From NCBI GenBank assembly GCA_965205505.1, contig CBDBHB010000009.1, positions 2,816,001 through 2,880,000 of the forward strand: a stretch of DNA of 64,000 bases. Reading direction: 5' to 3'. Below, piece by piece: positions 46,559 through 55,916 of this stretch. The position numbers and the translations under genes were made by a program. The DNA is from Acidobacteriota bacterium (GTDB lineage: Bacteria; Acidobacteriota; UBA890; WLXD01). The notes below the pieces were generated by a model. It saw only the letters and a list, made by a program, of their open reading frames with translations, was not told where the DNA came from and made no database searches. Position 1 is the first letter of the stretch. Each line of letters starts with the position of its first letter.

Positions 46559-47863
46559 TCAGAGCATGGTTTTGCGGGCGCGCCACATTTGTCGCGCCGC
46601 CTTGAAGAAGCTGACCTCGTCGCGGATGACCCGCCAGAGCTCTCGAATCACGTCGTCCTTAGGCGTGTCGTCGATGGTGAAGTAGCGCCGGATCAGACGA
46701 ACGGTCAGGTCCGGATAATCGCTGACGAACTCTCGGTTCTCCAGCAAGAAATGAACCGTGTCGCGGTAACGCTTCAGGTCCTTCATGACCCAAGACTGCT
46801 CGAGGTGCTCGCGATAGGTTGCCAGCGAAGACTTCGAGAAATCGTTCTTCCTACGTGCCTCGAGCACGGCCTCCGCCGCCGCCACGCCGGATGCCATGGC
46901 CAAGTTCGTGCCCTCATGATGAATCGAAGGATTCACCAGGCCGGCACAATCTCCGATGAGCAGAAGACCGTCCTCATATAGATCGGACAGGTGGTCATAC
47001 GAGTCTTCAGGAATCATCTTGGTGGCGTATTCGACCGTCTCGCCGCCACGCAGCAGCGGTGCGACCATCGGATGCGCCTTAAACGAATCGAGCATCTCGT
47101 AGGGAGCAAGCCGCAGCCGCAGGTACTCGGCGATGATGCTACCGACGCCGACCGAGAGGCTATCGTGATTGGTGTAGATGAATGCGGAGCCAACGGTGCC
47201 TTTGACCGCGCCGCCGAAGTACTCGATCGCGGCACCCTGCTTGCCCTCGAGATGGAATCGATCCTCGATGATCTCGGACGGCAACGCGATTACTTCTTTG
47301 ACGGCGTTGACCCGGTTGGTCGGGCTCATCTTTGGCCGGAAACCGGCACGCTCGGCCAGCAGAGCGTTTGCGCCTTCGGCGAGGATGACGCAGTCCGCCT
47401 CGACATCGCCGTCATCCCGGCCGGTGCGGACACCACGAACCCTGCCGCGATCGACGATCAGATCCTCCACGTTGGTCTCGCAGATGATCATCGCCCCGGC
47501 TTCCTCGGCCTGGTCGGCGAACCACCGGTCCCATTTGGAGCGCAACGCCGTAAACGTGTTGTTGTAGGGCGGGACGTCGAACTTGGCGCTCTTCAGATCG
47601 AGGCCTACCTGCGTGTCGTCGTCGAGCGCCAACCAGCGGCGGTTGATGATGTGTCGCTCGATCGGCGCATCGTTCCAGAACTCTGGGATGAGCTCGTTGA
47701 CTACGCTGGTGTACAAGATGCCGCCAAACAGATTCTTGGCGCCCGGATAATCCCCACGCTCGAGGACGAGCACTTCGACACCATCGCGCGCCAGCGTCAG
47801 CGCTGCAGCAGCGCCGGCCGGGCCGGCACCGACGATCACTACCTCGAAGCGTTCGTCCGACAT
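46559..47863 (-). CDS. fixC: FixC-like ETF-quinone oxidoreductase flavoprotein
   Basis: GAGPAG, ERG.YPGAKN.FGG, APIER, R.KWD.W.A. Confidence 0.85.
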   Translation of the reverse strand: MSDERFEVVIVGAGPAGAAAALTLARDGVEVLVLERGDYPGAKNLFGGILYTSVVNELIPEFWNDAPIERHIINRRWLALDDDTQVGLDLKSAKFDVPPYNNTFTALRSKWDRWFADQAEEAGAMIICETNVEDLIVDRGRVRGVRTGRDDGDVEADCVILAEGANALLAERAGFRPKMSPTNRVNAVKEVIALPSEIIEDRFHLEGKQGAAIEYFGGAVKGTVGSAFIYTNHDSLSVGVGSIIAEYLRLRLAPYEMLDSFKAHPMVAPLLRGGETVEYATKMIPEDSYDHLSDLYEDGLLLIGDCAGLVNPSIHHEGTNLAMASGVAAAEAVLEARRKNDFSKSSLATYREHLEQSWVMKDLKRYRDTVHFLLENREFVSDYPDLTVRLIRRYFTIDDTPKDDVIRELWRVIRDEVSFFKAARQMWRARKTML

Positions 47864-48066
47864 CGTTCAAATCTCGTTTCGGCTGTCGGGCAGGCTACGC
47901 TGCTGCAACGTGCCCAACGCCCTGGATTGGCCTTCTGACGTCTCCGTGTAATCCAGTAAAACGTTTATCATCAGTTAGATACGCCGTATCTGGACAAGTA
48001 CCGTGAAGACGGGAGTGGGTACGCAAGCCCGGTTTCGAGCTTCGCCCCGATGCTATACTCGAACGC

Positions 48067-50868
48067 ATGATAGATGTCCGCAAGGAGTCTTGCCGCGCCG
48101 TGGCGTGCGTGGCGCTGGTGGCGATATCGGTGCCGAGTGTCTCGGGGGCGACGGCGCCATCAGCGGCGCAGGCGGCGACCCTGCACCTGTCCAACGCGCC
48201 GATTCGGCTCGAGTATCCCGAACCGTGGCGCGACTGGGCCATCAACCTGGCATCGTTCGCCGACGTGGCGGCAACACGCATCGCGAACCTGATCGGTGTG
48301 TCCGTGCCCGCGGGCACGATTCGCTGGGAGCCGACGGCTTCCGGGCCGGGCAGTAGCGCTGACGGAGTCGTGGAGGTGCGCGGCGAGGGCCGGCAGGCGG
48401 TCGTCGTCATGCACACCAACGTACCCCTGTTGCTGCGGGACTTCGGCGCTGCCCATGCGCTCGGCTACGCGCGTTGGCTCGGCGCCTACGTGGTGGCGCG
48501 AGTTGCCATGGGAGCGCCGGGCAGTGATGCGCCATGGTGGACGGAAGGCGCGGCGCTGTACCTCACCGACCTGATCTACCGCGATCTCAAGTCGACCACT
48601 CCGGTGCTATATGGCATCGAGGCGAACTTCACACGTGCTGCCCAGAGCCGGCGTCTGGTTGACCTGTCGGAGAGGGTGCTCACGGACGCCGCGCGGGGGA
48701 AGGCCTACGCCACCTTCAAGCTACTGGAGGGACTGTACGGTGCCGATGCCGTCACTTCTGCGATCGGGCAGATGGTTTCCCGACCCTCGGTGAACTTGGC
48801 GGCGATCATCGACGCCATCGGCCGCGAGCGTCAGCCGGACCCGGATATCGTGGTACGCGATTGGCTCAAGCCAACGGTGACCTTCGATGTGGGTATCGAC
48901 CGTGTCAGTCTTCGAGACGGAGATACACGGCTGCGAGCCCGGTTGCTACGCGAGGTGCCGTTCCCAGTGCCCCTGACGGTCCAGGTGCGCTGTCCCGGCG
49001 ACCAGGTCATTACTGAATCGGTGGCGGCAGGTACGGACGACGAGTCGTTCGAGATGGAGTTGCCCTGCGTTCCGGTCAGTGTGGCCGTCGATCCGAACCG
49101 ACTGATCCCCGATGTGAACCGCTCCAACAACAGCCACGGCTTTGGCGACGCCGACACGATCCGTCGGTTCTTCGCCTTCGACGAGCGCTTCACGGTCGGG
49201 GAGTTGCGGTTCTCGACCACGATGGCGCTGGACGAGGCACAGCAACGAGTCGAGCCGTTTCAGTTGAGGGTCACGAATCGTACCGATCGGGCCACCGGTG
49301 TCGGTGTGTTGATTAGTACCGAATGGTTCCATCGCCCAGAACGTGTGCAGCGTGCCTACTTCGTGAAGATGGGCCCGCGCGAAACGCGCCTGCTCGACGA
49401 GTCGCTGGGATACCCGAATCGCGGCACTGGCCACGCTCGGGTGGAAGCGAGGTTTTGGGAAGCGGCCAGCGTCGAGGACCTGACGGACAAGATCGTGGCG
49501 CGCCCGCCCGGTGCCATCAACTCCTACATCGTCGTGCGCGATGCACCGGAGGCGCCACGTCGGGCCCGACGTGGCATCTACCGTCTCCCGCCGACCATTG
49601 CCGAGACCACTGCCGTCTTGAGCGACAAGCCGGAGGAGCGGTCGACGGAAGCGGTGACCCGCTTCTCGAGCGGGTTGGGCACGCCGTCGAATGGCTCGGG
49701 CGTCGAAAGCGAGAGCGCCGCGGCGACCGAAGCGCCGGCCACCGCAGGAGATGTGTTCCGCGTGCGGATCCGGTCTCCTGCGCCGGGCACGTTGCCTATC
49801 GGGGACGTCGAGCTCGTCGCCGATGTGGTCGGAAACCGATCAGCCGAGCGAGTCGATTTCTATGTCAACGACCGCCGTGTCGGATCCGCGGAGGATGAGC
49901 CCTTCCGAGTTTCGTGGAGCTTCCCCGATGACGAAGAGGTCTTTGTCATACGGGCGGTCGCGGTGGCCGACGACCGCGTCGCCAGTGACGATGTGGTGCT
50001 CGACCGAGCCACGGTCTCCTTCGGCGCGACTGTCAACCTGGTGACCCTACACGCTACCGTGCGGGACTCCCAAGGGCGCCTCGTGCGCGACTTGACACCG
50101 GAGGACTTCCGGCTGACCGAAGACGGGGCGGACCAGGAGATCGTGCAGTTCGATTTCGGCGAAGTTCCAGTTTCGGCGGCCATCTCGCTTGATCAGAGCA
50201 GCAGCATGCTGGGCGGCGGCGTGCGCGCCGAGCGGGCCGGCGGGCTACGCCTTGTCGATGCCCTGGTGAGCGACATCAACCGAGCCATGATTCTCGGTTT
50301 CAATGATCGCCTTTGGCTCTACGCCGATTTCACGCATGACAAAGAGGCGCTGGCGGCGGCGCTGGAGGCGATCGACCCGGATGGCAGCACGGCGCTCTTC
50401 GATACGCTGGCCGAGTCGATTCGCAAGCTCGATCGGCGCACCGGAAAGCGTGCCTTGGTGGTGTTGTCGGACGGGCTCGACACCAACAGCAAGATGATCT
50501 ACGCGGATGTATTGGAGTTCCTCCGCCAGTCGGATGTTCTCGTCTATACCGTCGGCCTTCAGCTGATGCAGGAGGGCACCGAGTACGGCGATGCCAGCGG
50601 CGCGGTGAAGCGGGGCATCGAGCAGCTCCAGGCAATCGCCGATGCCACCGGCGGCGCCTCCTATTTCCCCATCGCCCTCCAAGAGCTCGAGGAGATCTAC
50701 GGTCTCATCGCCGACGAGCTCAACAGCCAGTACGCGCTCTCGTACTACCCCACCAATAGCCGCTACGATGGCAACTGGCGAAGGTTGGCTGTGGAGGTCA
50801 AGGGAAGGCCGGGAGTCTGGGTACAGGTGCGCGAGGGTTACTACGGCGTTGACCCCGACGGCCGCTGA
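48067..50868 (+). CDS. Secreted multidomain protein: gluzincin-like, Ig-like and VWA domains
   Basis: Signal peptide, WWTEGAALY, VDP.RLIPDVNRSNN, Ig-like VDFYVN, MIDAS DQSSS, TALFD, LSDG.D. Confidence 0.8.
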   Translation: MIDVRKESCRAVACVALVAISVPSVSGATAPSAAQAATLHLSNAPIRLEYPEPWRDWAINLASFADVAATRIANLIGVSVPAGTIRWEPTASGPGSSADGVVEVRGEGRQAVVVMHTNVPLLLRDFGAAHALGYARWLGAYVVARVAMGAPGSDAPWWTEGAALYLTDLIYRDLKSTTPVLYGIEANFTRAAQSRRLVDLSERVLTDAARGKAYATFKLLEGLYGADAVTSAIGQMVSRPSVNLAAIIDAIGRERQPDPDIVVRDWLKPTVTFDVGIDRVSLRDGDTRLRARLLREVPFPVPLTVQVRCPGDQVITESVAAGTDDESFEMELPCVPVSVAVDPNRLIPDVNRSNNSHGFGDADTIRRFFAFDERFTVGELRFSTTMALDEAQQRVEPFQLRVTNRTDRATGVGVLISTEWFHRPERVQRAYFVKMGPRETRLLDESLGYPNRGTGHARVEARFWEAASVEDLTDKIVARPPGAINSYIVVRDAPEAPRRARRGIYRLPPTIAETTAVLSDKPEERSTEAVTRFSSGLGTPSNGSGVESESAAATEAPATAGDVFRVRIRSPAPGTLPIGDVELVADVVGNRSAERVDFYVNDRRVGSAEDEPFRVSWSFPDDEEVFVIRAVAVADDRVASDDVVLDRATVSFGATVNLVTLHATVRDSQGRLVRDLTPEDFRLTEDGADQEIVQFDFGEVPVSAAISLDQSSSMLGGGVRAERAGGLRLVDALVSDINRAMILGFNDRLWLYADFTHDKEALAAALEAIDPDGSTALFDTLAESIRKLDRRTGKRALVVLSDGLDTNSKMIYADVLEFLRQSDVLVYTVGLQLMQEGTEYGDASGAVKRGIEQLQAIADATGGASYFPIALQELEEIYGLIADELNSQYALSYYPTNSRYDGNWRRLAVEVKGRPGVWVQVREGYYGVDPDGR

Positions 50869-50882
50869 CGGGCCGCCGGATT

Positions 50883-52598
50883 CTGCATAACGCGGATATC
50901 GCCCGCGTTCTCGACGAGATCGCCGACATCCGTGAGATCCAGGGCGCTAACACGTTCCGCGTCCGCGCCTACCGCCTCGCCGGGGAGACCGTCCGCGGGC
51001 TTGGCCAGCCCCTCGAATCGCAGCGTCAGATCCACCCCGTTGCCGAACTACCTCATGTCGGCAAGGCCATCGCCGCGAAGATCGAGGAGCTGCTCGACAC
51101 AGGTGTTTGTCGAGAGCACACGGAGCTGCTCGCCAGTCGGGAGGGTGGCCTGGTGGAGATGGTGCGGCTACCGGGAATCGGCCCCAAGCGGGCTCGTGCG
51201 ATAGCGGAGACGCTGGACATCTGGTCGATCGAGGATCTCGAGCTGGCCGCTGCAAGCGGCGCCCTGCGCGACGTGCCAGGACTTGGTACGAAAACGCAGG
51301 CGCGTATCCTTCGGGCGCTCCAACGCCGTCGTACCGAGCACGGACGCATCTTGCTCGGTGATGCACTGTCGCGAGCAGAAGCTCTACAGCAGGAGCTCTC
51401 GAAACTCCCGGGCGTACAGCGCGTCGAGATCGCCGGTAGTGTGCGACGGGGTCTGGAGACCGTCATGGGCATCGACCTAGTGGCGGCATCGAGCCGGCCC
51501 ACCGAGATCGTCCCTGGGTTCGTGAGCCGCCCCGAGGTTGAGCAGATCCTGTCGCGCGAAAGCGACCGGGCGCGTGTGCGGCTCGACGACGGAACAATCG
51601 TCGATCTTCGCGTCACCAAGCCGGCGTCCTTCGGAAGCCTTTGGCACTTGGCTACCGGGCCCGACGAACACACGCGCGCCGTACGCCGCCTCGCAGAGCA
51701 GCGCCTGGTGCGCACAGCCGACAACACCGACCCAGCGGATCGCAGCGCCGAACCGGGCGAAGCGGCGACCGAGGAGGGAGTGTATGCGGCCGCTGGCTTG
51801 CCGGTTATCCCGCCGGAGCTCCGAGAGCAGGTGGGCGCTCTAGAGACAGCGGCGGCTGGCGACCTTGCGGCGCTCGTGGAGCTTGACGATGTGCGTGGCG
51901 ATTGCCAAATGCACACCACCGCGAGCGACGGGCGCGCTGATTTGGCGGTCATGGTCTCGACCGCAGTGCAACGAGGCTACGAGTATGCCGCGGTCACCGA
52001 CCATTCGAGGCGAATGCCCGGGGGACTGGATGCGCGTCAACTTGCCCGCCAGTGGGCCCAGGTGGAGAAACTCAACAGCCGGCTCGGAGCGTTCCGCATT
52101 TTGCGCGGGGTAGAGGTCGACATTCTCGATGACGGCACACTCGATCTCGACGACGCTTGTCTTGCAGATGCCGAGATCGTCGTTGCTGCGGTGCATTCGC
52201 AAATGGATCAGGAGCGCGAGGAGATGACCGGACGATTGCTACGAGCGCTCGACAACCGCCACGTGCACATCCTGGCGCACCCGACGGGACGCCGCCTGCT
52301 GCGTCGTGAGCCGTACGCCGTAGCCTTGGAGCGGGTCTTCGTCGGCGCCCGTGCTCGCGGCGTATTACTCGAGTGCAACGCCCATCCGCAGCGTCTCGAC
52401 CTGTGCGCCGAGCACCTCCGTCGAGCAGTGGAGGTCGGTGCGGGCGTGGTGATATCCACGGATGCCCATGACGTCGCCGGGTTGGGTCACATGCGTTTGG
52501 GGGTGGCGACGGCGCGTCGTGCGGGGCTGACCGCAGAACGGGTGGCGAATACGCGGAACGCAGATGAGTTCCTGACGCTGATAGGCGAGACTGGCTGA
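50883..52598 (+). CDS. polX: DNA polymerase X / PHP domain protein; non-canonical palm and apparent CTG start
   Basis: In-frame (L)HNADIARVLDEIAD...FRVRAYR upstream of the tracked ORF; GSVRR; PHP motifs QMHT, TDHS, HPTGR, TDAH. Confidence 0.88.
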   Translation: MHNADIARVLDEIADIREIQGANTFRVRAYRLAGETVRGLGQPLESQRQIHPVAELPHVGKAIAAKIEELLDTGVCREHTELLASREGGLVEMVRLPGIGPKRARAIAETLDIWSIEDLELAAASGALRDVPGLGTKTQARILRALQRRRTEHGRILLGDALSRAEALQQELSKLPGVQRVEIAGSVRRGLETVMGIDLVAASSRPTEIVPGFVSRPEVEQILSRESDRARVRLDDGTIVDLRVTKPASFGSLWHLATGPDEHTRAVRRLAEQRLVRTADNTDPADRSAEPGEAATEEGVYAAAGLPVIPPELREQVGALETAAAGDLAALVELDDVRGDCQMHTTASDGRADLAVMVSTAVQRGYEYAAVTDHSRRMPGGLDARQLARQWAQVEKLNSRLGAFRILRGVEVDILDDGTLDLDDACLADAEIVVAAVHSQMDQEREEMTGRLLRALDNRHVHILAHPTGRRLLRREPYAVALERVFVGARARGVLLECNAHPQRLDLCAEHLRRAVEVGAGVVISTDAHDVAGLGHMRLGVATARRAGLTAERVANTRNADEFLTLIGETG

Positions 52599-52648
52599 GG
52601 CTCTGCCGCTCACCGGGGCCTGCGGTCGATCATCGGAGGTACGAGACG

Positions 52649-53101
52649 ATGCCGAACTGGACCTATCTGATACTCCATTTCTTGCACACTGCCGCTCTCG
52701 GCATCTGGATCGGTGGGATTGTGACCCTCGGTGCTGTTGCTGCGCCAGCGATATTTCGCGATGCGTCGAGCCGCCAAGAGGCCGGTCGCATCATGGCGGC
52801 GGTGTTTCGTCGTTTCGACGTCGTCGTGATGGGGTGCATACTGCTGTTGTTGATCACCAGCCCATTGTTGGTGGTTTGGTTTGGCCGGCTGTCTCCCTGG
52901 TACGCCATCGAGTACGTTTGCATCGCCATGATGAGCGCTAGCGCAGTCTATTCCGCACGCGTGGTCTCGCCGCGCATCCGCCGTCTGCGTGAAGAGGGTC
53001 ATGCCTCCGATAGTCCGCAGTTCGAGCAGCTGCATCGCGCTTCCGTAATGAGCATGCAATTCAACCTCGCATGCGGTTGTGTGGCGCTGTTTTTCTCATG
53101 A
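52649..53101 (+). CDS. DUF4149/TMEM205-like membrane protein
   Basis: Four hydrophobic segments, W.GG, AP.IF, AG.....F, F..LH..S. Confidence 0.75.
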   Translation: MPNWTYLILHFLHTAALGIWIGGIVTLGAVAAPAIFRDASSRQEAGRIMAAVFRRFDVVVMGCILLLLITSPLLVVWFGRLSPWYAIEYVCIAMMSASAVYSARVVSPRIRRLREEGHASDSPQFEQLHRASVMSMQFNLACGCVALFFS

Positions 53102-54153
53102 CCCGCCTGGTCGCCTGCATATTCGCTACGATCGCCTGCACCGCCGTTTCTGCGCAGACGAGCGAGGTCGCGTATCCAGCCGAGGACGAGAGTCGGCTAG
53201 GACGCGAGGTGCTAGAGCTGTTGAACGTAGCGCGCACCGCGGCGGGCGTTGCCGAGCTGGAGGGTCACCCGGATCTGGACCTGTTGGCCTACCAGCACAG
53301 TCGAGAGATGGCGGCCAGCGGCGTCGTTACGCACTACTCACATCGCTACGGCGTGAGCACCGAGACGCGTGTCAAATTGGCGTTCCCACGCGTGTTTCAG
53401 TTCGGCGAGAATGTCGCTCTCAACCGGACAGTCGAGGCGCTGCACGGGGGGCTGCAGGCGAGCGACGGACATCGCTTGAATCGTCTTGATCCGGCGTTCA
53501 CGCACGTTGGTCTCGGAGTCGCGCAGGTCGGCCGCTACCAGCTGTTTCTGACCGAAGTATTCGTGCGCGTGCTCCGACCAGCGCTCCTTGACGGAATCGA
53601 CACGCTCTATACAGAGGCTCCGCCCGAGTCCTTGCCGGAGGATGAGCCGCAGTACGGGTATTTTGTAGGCACTACGGTACGTGTCGGTGCACCGGAGCCC
53701 GACAATCCGGCGTACTGGACACACCGGGGTATCACGGCGTACTTGGACGAGCGCTACGCCGACGCGATTGGCGACTTCCGGCGAGCCGTGGATATTCAGC
53801 CAGAATACCGATTTGCACGCTATGACTTGGCGCGCGCCCTCATCGCGGATGACCAGCCGGCGAGGGCAGCCGAGGTGCTGGCTGACCACCTGAGCCGTCA
53901 TCCCGATGATCTGGATGGGTGGGTCACCAGCGGTACAGCGGCGCTTCTGCTACAAGACTACGAAGTGGCCGAACGGGTTTTCCGCCATGTGATCGAGCAC
54001 CGTGCCCGGGACGCTGGCGCTTGGTATAACCTCGGCTTGTCGCTGGAAATGCAGGATCGGTTGGCCGGGGCGGAGAAGGCCTACAGGCAAGCCCTTCACC
54101 TCGACAGCACATTGCGGGCCGTCGTCGTCGCCTTGGCGCGCGTCCGACGCTGA
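53098..54153 (+). CDS. CAP/SCP domain plus TPR repeat secreted protein
   Basis: LN.AR, HS.EMA, GENVA, S.GHR.N.L...FTHVG.G; C-terminal TPRs (WYNLG). Confidence 0.85.
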   Translation: MTRLVACIFATIACTAVSAQTSEVAYPAEDESRLGREVLELLNVARTAAGVAELEGHPDLDLLAYQHSREMAASGVVTHYSHRYGVSTETRVKLAFPRVFQFGENVALNRTVEALHGGLQASDGHRLNRLDPAFTHVGLGVAQVGRYQLFLTEVFVRVLRPALLDGIDTLYTEAPPESLPEDEPQYGYFVGTTVRVGAPEPDNPAYWTHRGITAYLDERYADAIGDFRRAVDIQPEYRFARYDLARALIADDQPARAAEVLADHLSRHPDDLDGWVTSGTAALLLQDYEVAERVFRHVIEHRARDAGAWYNLGLSLEMQDRLAGAEKAYRQALHLDSTLRAVVVALARVRR

Positions 54154-54230
54154 GCGAGCTGGCTCGCAACCTTACGGCTCGCGGACAGGCTGCCGAGTTC
54201 GAAACCTACTAGCCAAATCAGGACCCGCCG

Positions 54231-54713
54231 ATGGGCATTCGTGAAGACCTACTGAAGAGTCTCGCCGTTGAAGTGAGCGCCTTGGAGCGCGAGCTCAAGG
54301 TCGAGCTACCGCGCCAGCTGGCCGAGGCCGCCGCGCACGGTGATTTGAGTGAGAACGCAGAGCATGAAGCGGCCAAGGATCGTAAGGATACGGTCACCGC
54401 TCTGCTCCTGCGCCTCTACCAGAAACGGCAGGCCATCTCGAGCATGAACACCGAGATGATCTCTCGCGACACGATCGGTTTCGGCTCGACGGTGGAGTTG
54501 CTTGACCTCGACAACGACGAAGAGATCTCGTACGCGCTCGTTTCCGCTGACGAGACCGACCCGAAAGCGGGCCGTATCTCGATCACCTCACCAATCGGTC
54601 AAGCGCTCGCAGGCAAGGCGGACGGGGACGAGATCACCGTTCAAACACCCAGGGGCAGCCGCAACTACGAGGTTCTGAGTTTCCGCACGATTCACGATGG
54701 TGAGCTCGGCTGA
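54231..54713 (+). CDS. greA: Transcription elongation factor GreA
   Basis: HGDLSENAE, FGSTV, IS..SPIG.AL.GK. Confidence 0.92.
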   Translation: MGIREDLLKSLAVEVSALERELKVELPRQLAEAAAHGDLSENAEHEAAKDRKDTVTALLLRLYQKRQAISSMNTEMISRDTIGFGSTVELLDLDNDEEISYALVSADETDPKAGRISITSPIGQALAGKADGDEITVQTPRGSRNYEVLSFRTIHDGELG

Positions 54714-55770
54714 AAGCTTGGATTCAACCGCGTCCCCCGGTGGTCGGCCGCCGTATAGTGCCAGCGACGTAGAGTACCGGCGGCGTCTGCAAGCAGCGCG
54801 CCTGGGCCTTGCGGCGATCGCCTTCATCCTGATCGTCGGTACCGTCGGGTATGTGCTCGTCGAGGGCTGGACGCTCGTCGACAGCCTCTACATGGTCATC
54901 TTGACGTTGAGCACCGTCGGCTTCCAGGAGGTGCGGCCGCTGAGCACCGGGGGGCGGGTCCTCACCATGGCCTTGATCCTTACCGGTGCGAGTGCCTTTC
55001 TGTACGTCGCCGCGATGTTCTCGCGACTGGCGATCGAAGGGGATCTGCGCCGTGTGGTCGGGAGGAGAAGGATGGACAAGGAGATCTCGCGCATCGCCAA
55101 CCACCACATCATCTGCGGCTATGGCCGAGTCGGACGTGAGGCGTGTCGGCACCTCTTGGCAGACGGGGTCTCTGTGCTGGTGATCGACATCAATGAGGAA
55201 GCTCTTGGTGATCTCGACGCCACGAGGGTGCCACACCTGCGTGGCGACGCGGTGAAGGAGAGCGTTCTGCGAGCGGCAGGCATCGAGCGAGCCGCCGGCT
55301 TGCTGCTAACGCTCTCGCACGAGGCCGACAACGTCTACGTGACGCTTCTAGCGCGGGATCTTTGCGTCGGACTGCAGATCATCGCGCGCAGTGTCACCGA
55401 GCAGGGTGAGCGGCGGCTGCTTGCCGCAGGAGCCGACCGAGTGGTGTCGCCAGAGCGTATCGGCGCCCGGTCGATGTCGAACTCCGTCACGCGCCCTCAC
55501 ACGGTGGACTTCACCGAGATCGTCACCGCCAGCACCGGGCTGGACCTGCAGCTAGAGGAGCTCAGCATCCCGACTGGCTCGGCGTTGATCGGCAAATCCA
55601 TCCAGGATTGCAACCTGCAGCGCGACTTTGGCGTGATCGTCGTGGGCATTCTGAGTACTGACGGTGAGATCTTGTTTGATCCGGCGCCCGAGTATTGCCT
55701 GGAGGCAGGCTCCACCTTGATCATCCTGGGCAAGCGAAACGATGTCATCCGCTTCGCGCGCTCCGCGTGA
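54697..55770 (+). CDS. Two-TM potassium channel with RCK (TrkA-N/C) domains
   Basis: STVGF pore motif, CGYGRVG, GDA, TrkA-C. Confidence 0.9.
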   Translation: MVSSAESLDSTASPGGRPPYSASDVEYRRRLQAARLGLAAIAFILIVGTVGYVLVEGWTLVDSLYMVILTLSTVGFQEVRPLSTGGRVLTMALILTGASAFLYVAAMFSRLAIEGDLRRVVGRRRMDKEISRIANHHIICGYGRVGREACRHLLADGVSVLVIDINEEALGDLDATRVPHLRGDAVKESVLRAAGIERAAGLLLTLSHEADNVYVTLLARDLCVGLQIIARSVTEQGERRLLAAGADRVVSPERIGARSMSNSVTRPHTVDFTEIVTASTGLDLQLEELSIPTGSALIGKSIQDCNLQRDFGVIVVGILSTDGEILFDPAPEYCLEAGSTLIILGKRNDVIRFARSA

Positions 55771-55916
55771 GGTTGATTGCTATCCGCAACTCGACATGCC
55801 TCCGTATCGGCGCTTATAATGCGCCAGCCTCCAAATACCCCGCTGGCATCTCTGCCAGGGAAGACCAAAAGCTGGCAATCGCACGAACCCCGCACCACGT
55901 CCTGGGGAGCGGCCCG

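Noticed and set aside
23988-53901. Long antisense or alternate-frame ORFs (e.g. 23988-24929, 33160-34131, 42270-43298, 46991-47938)
   Set aside because: Shadow ORFs of well-supported genes, caused by high-GC codon bias
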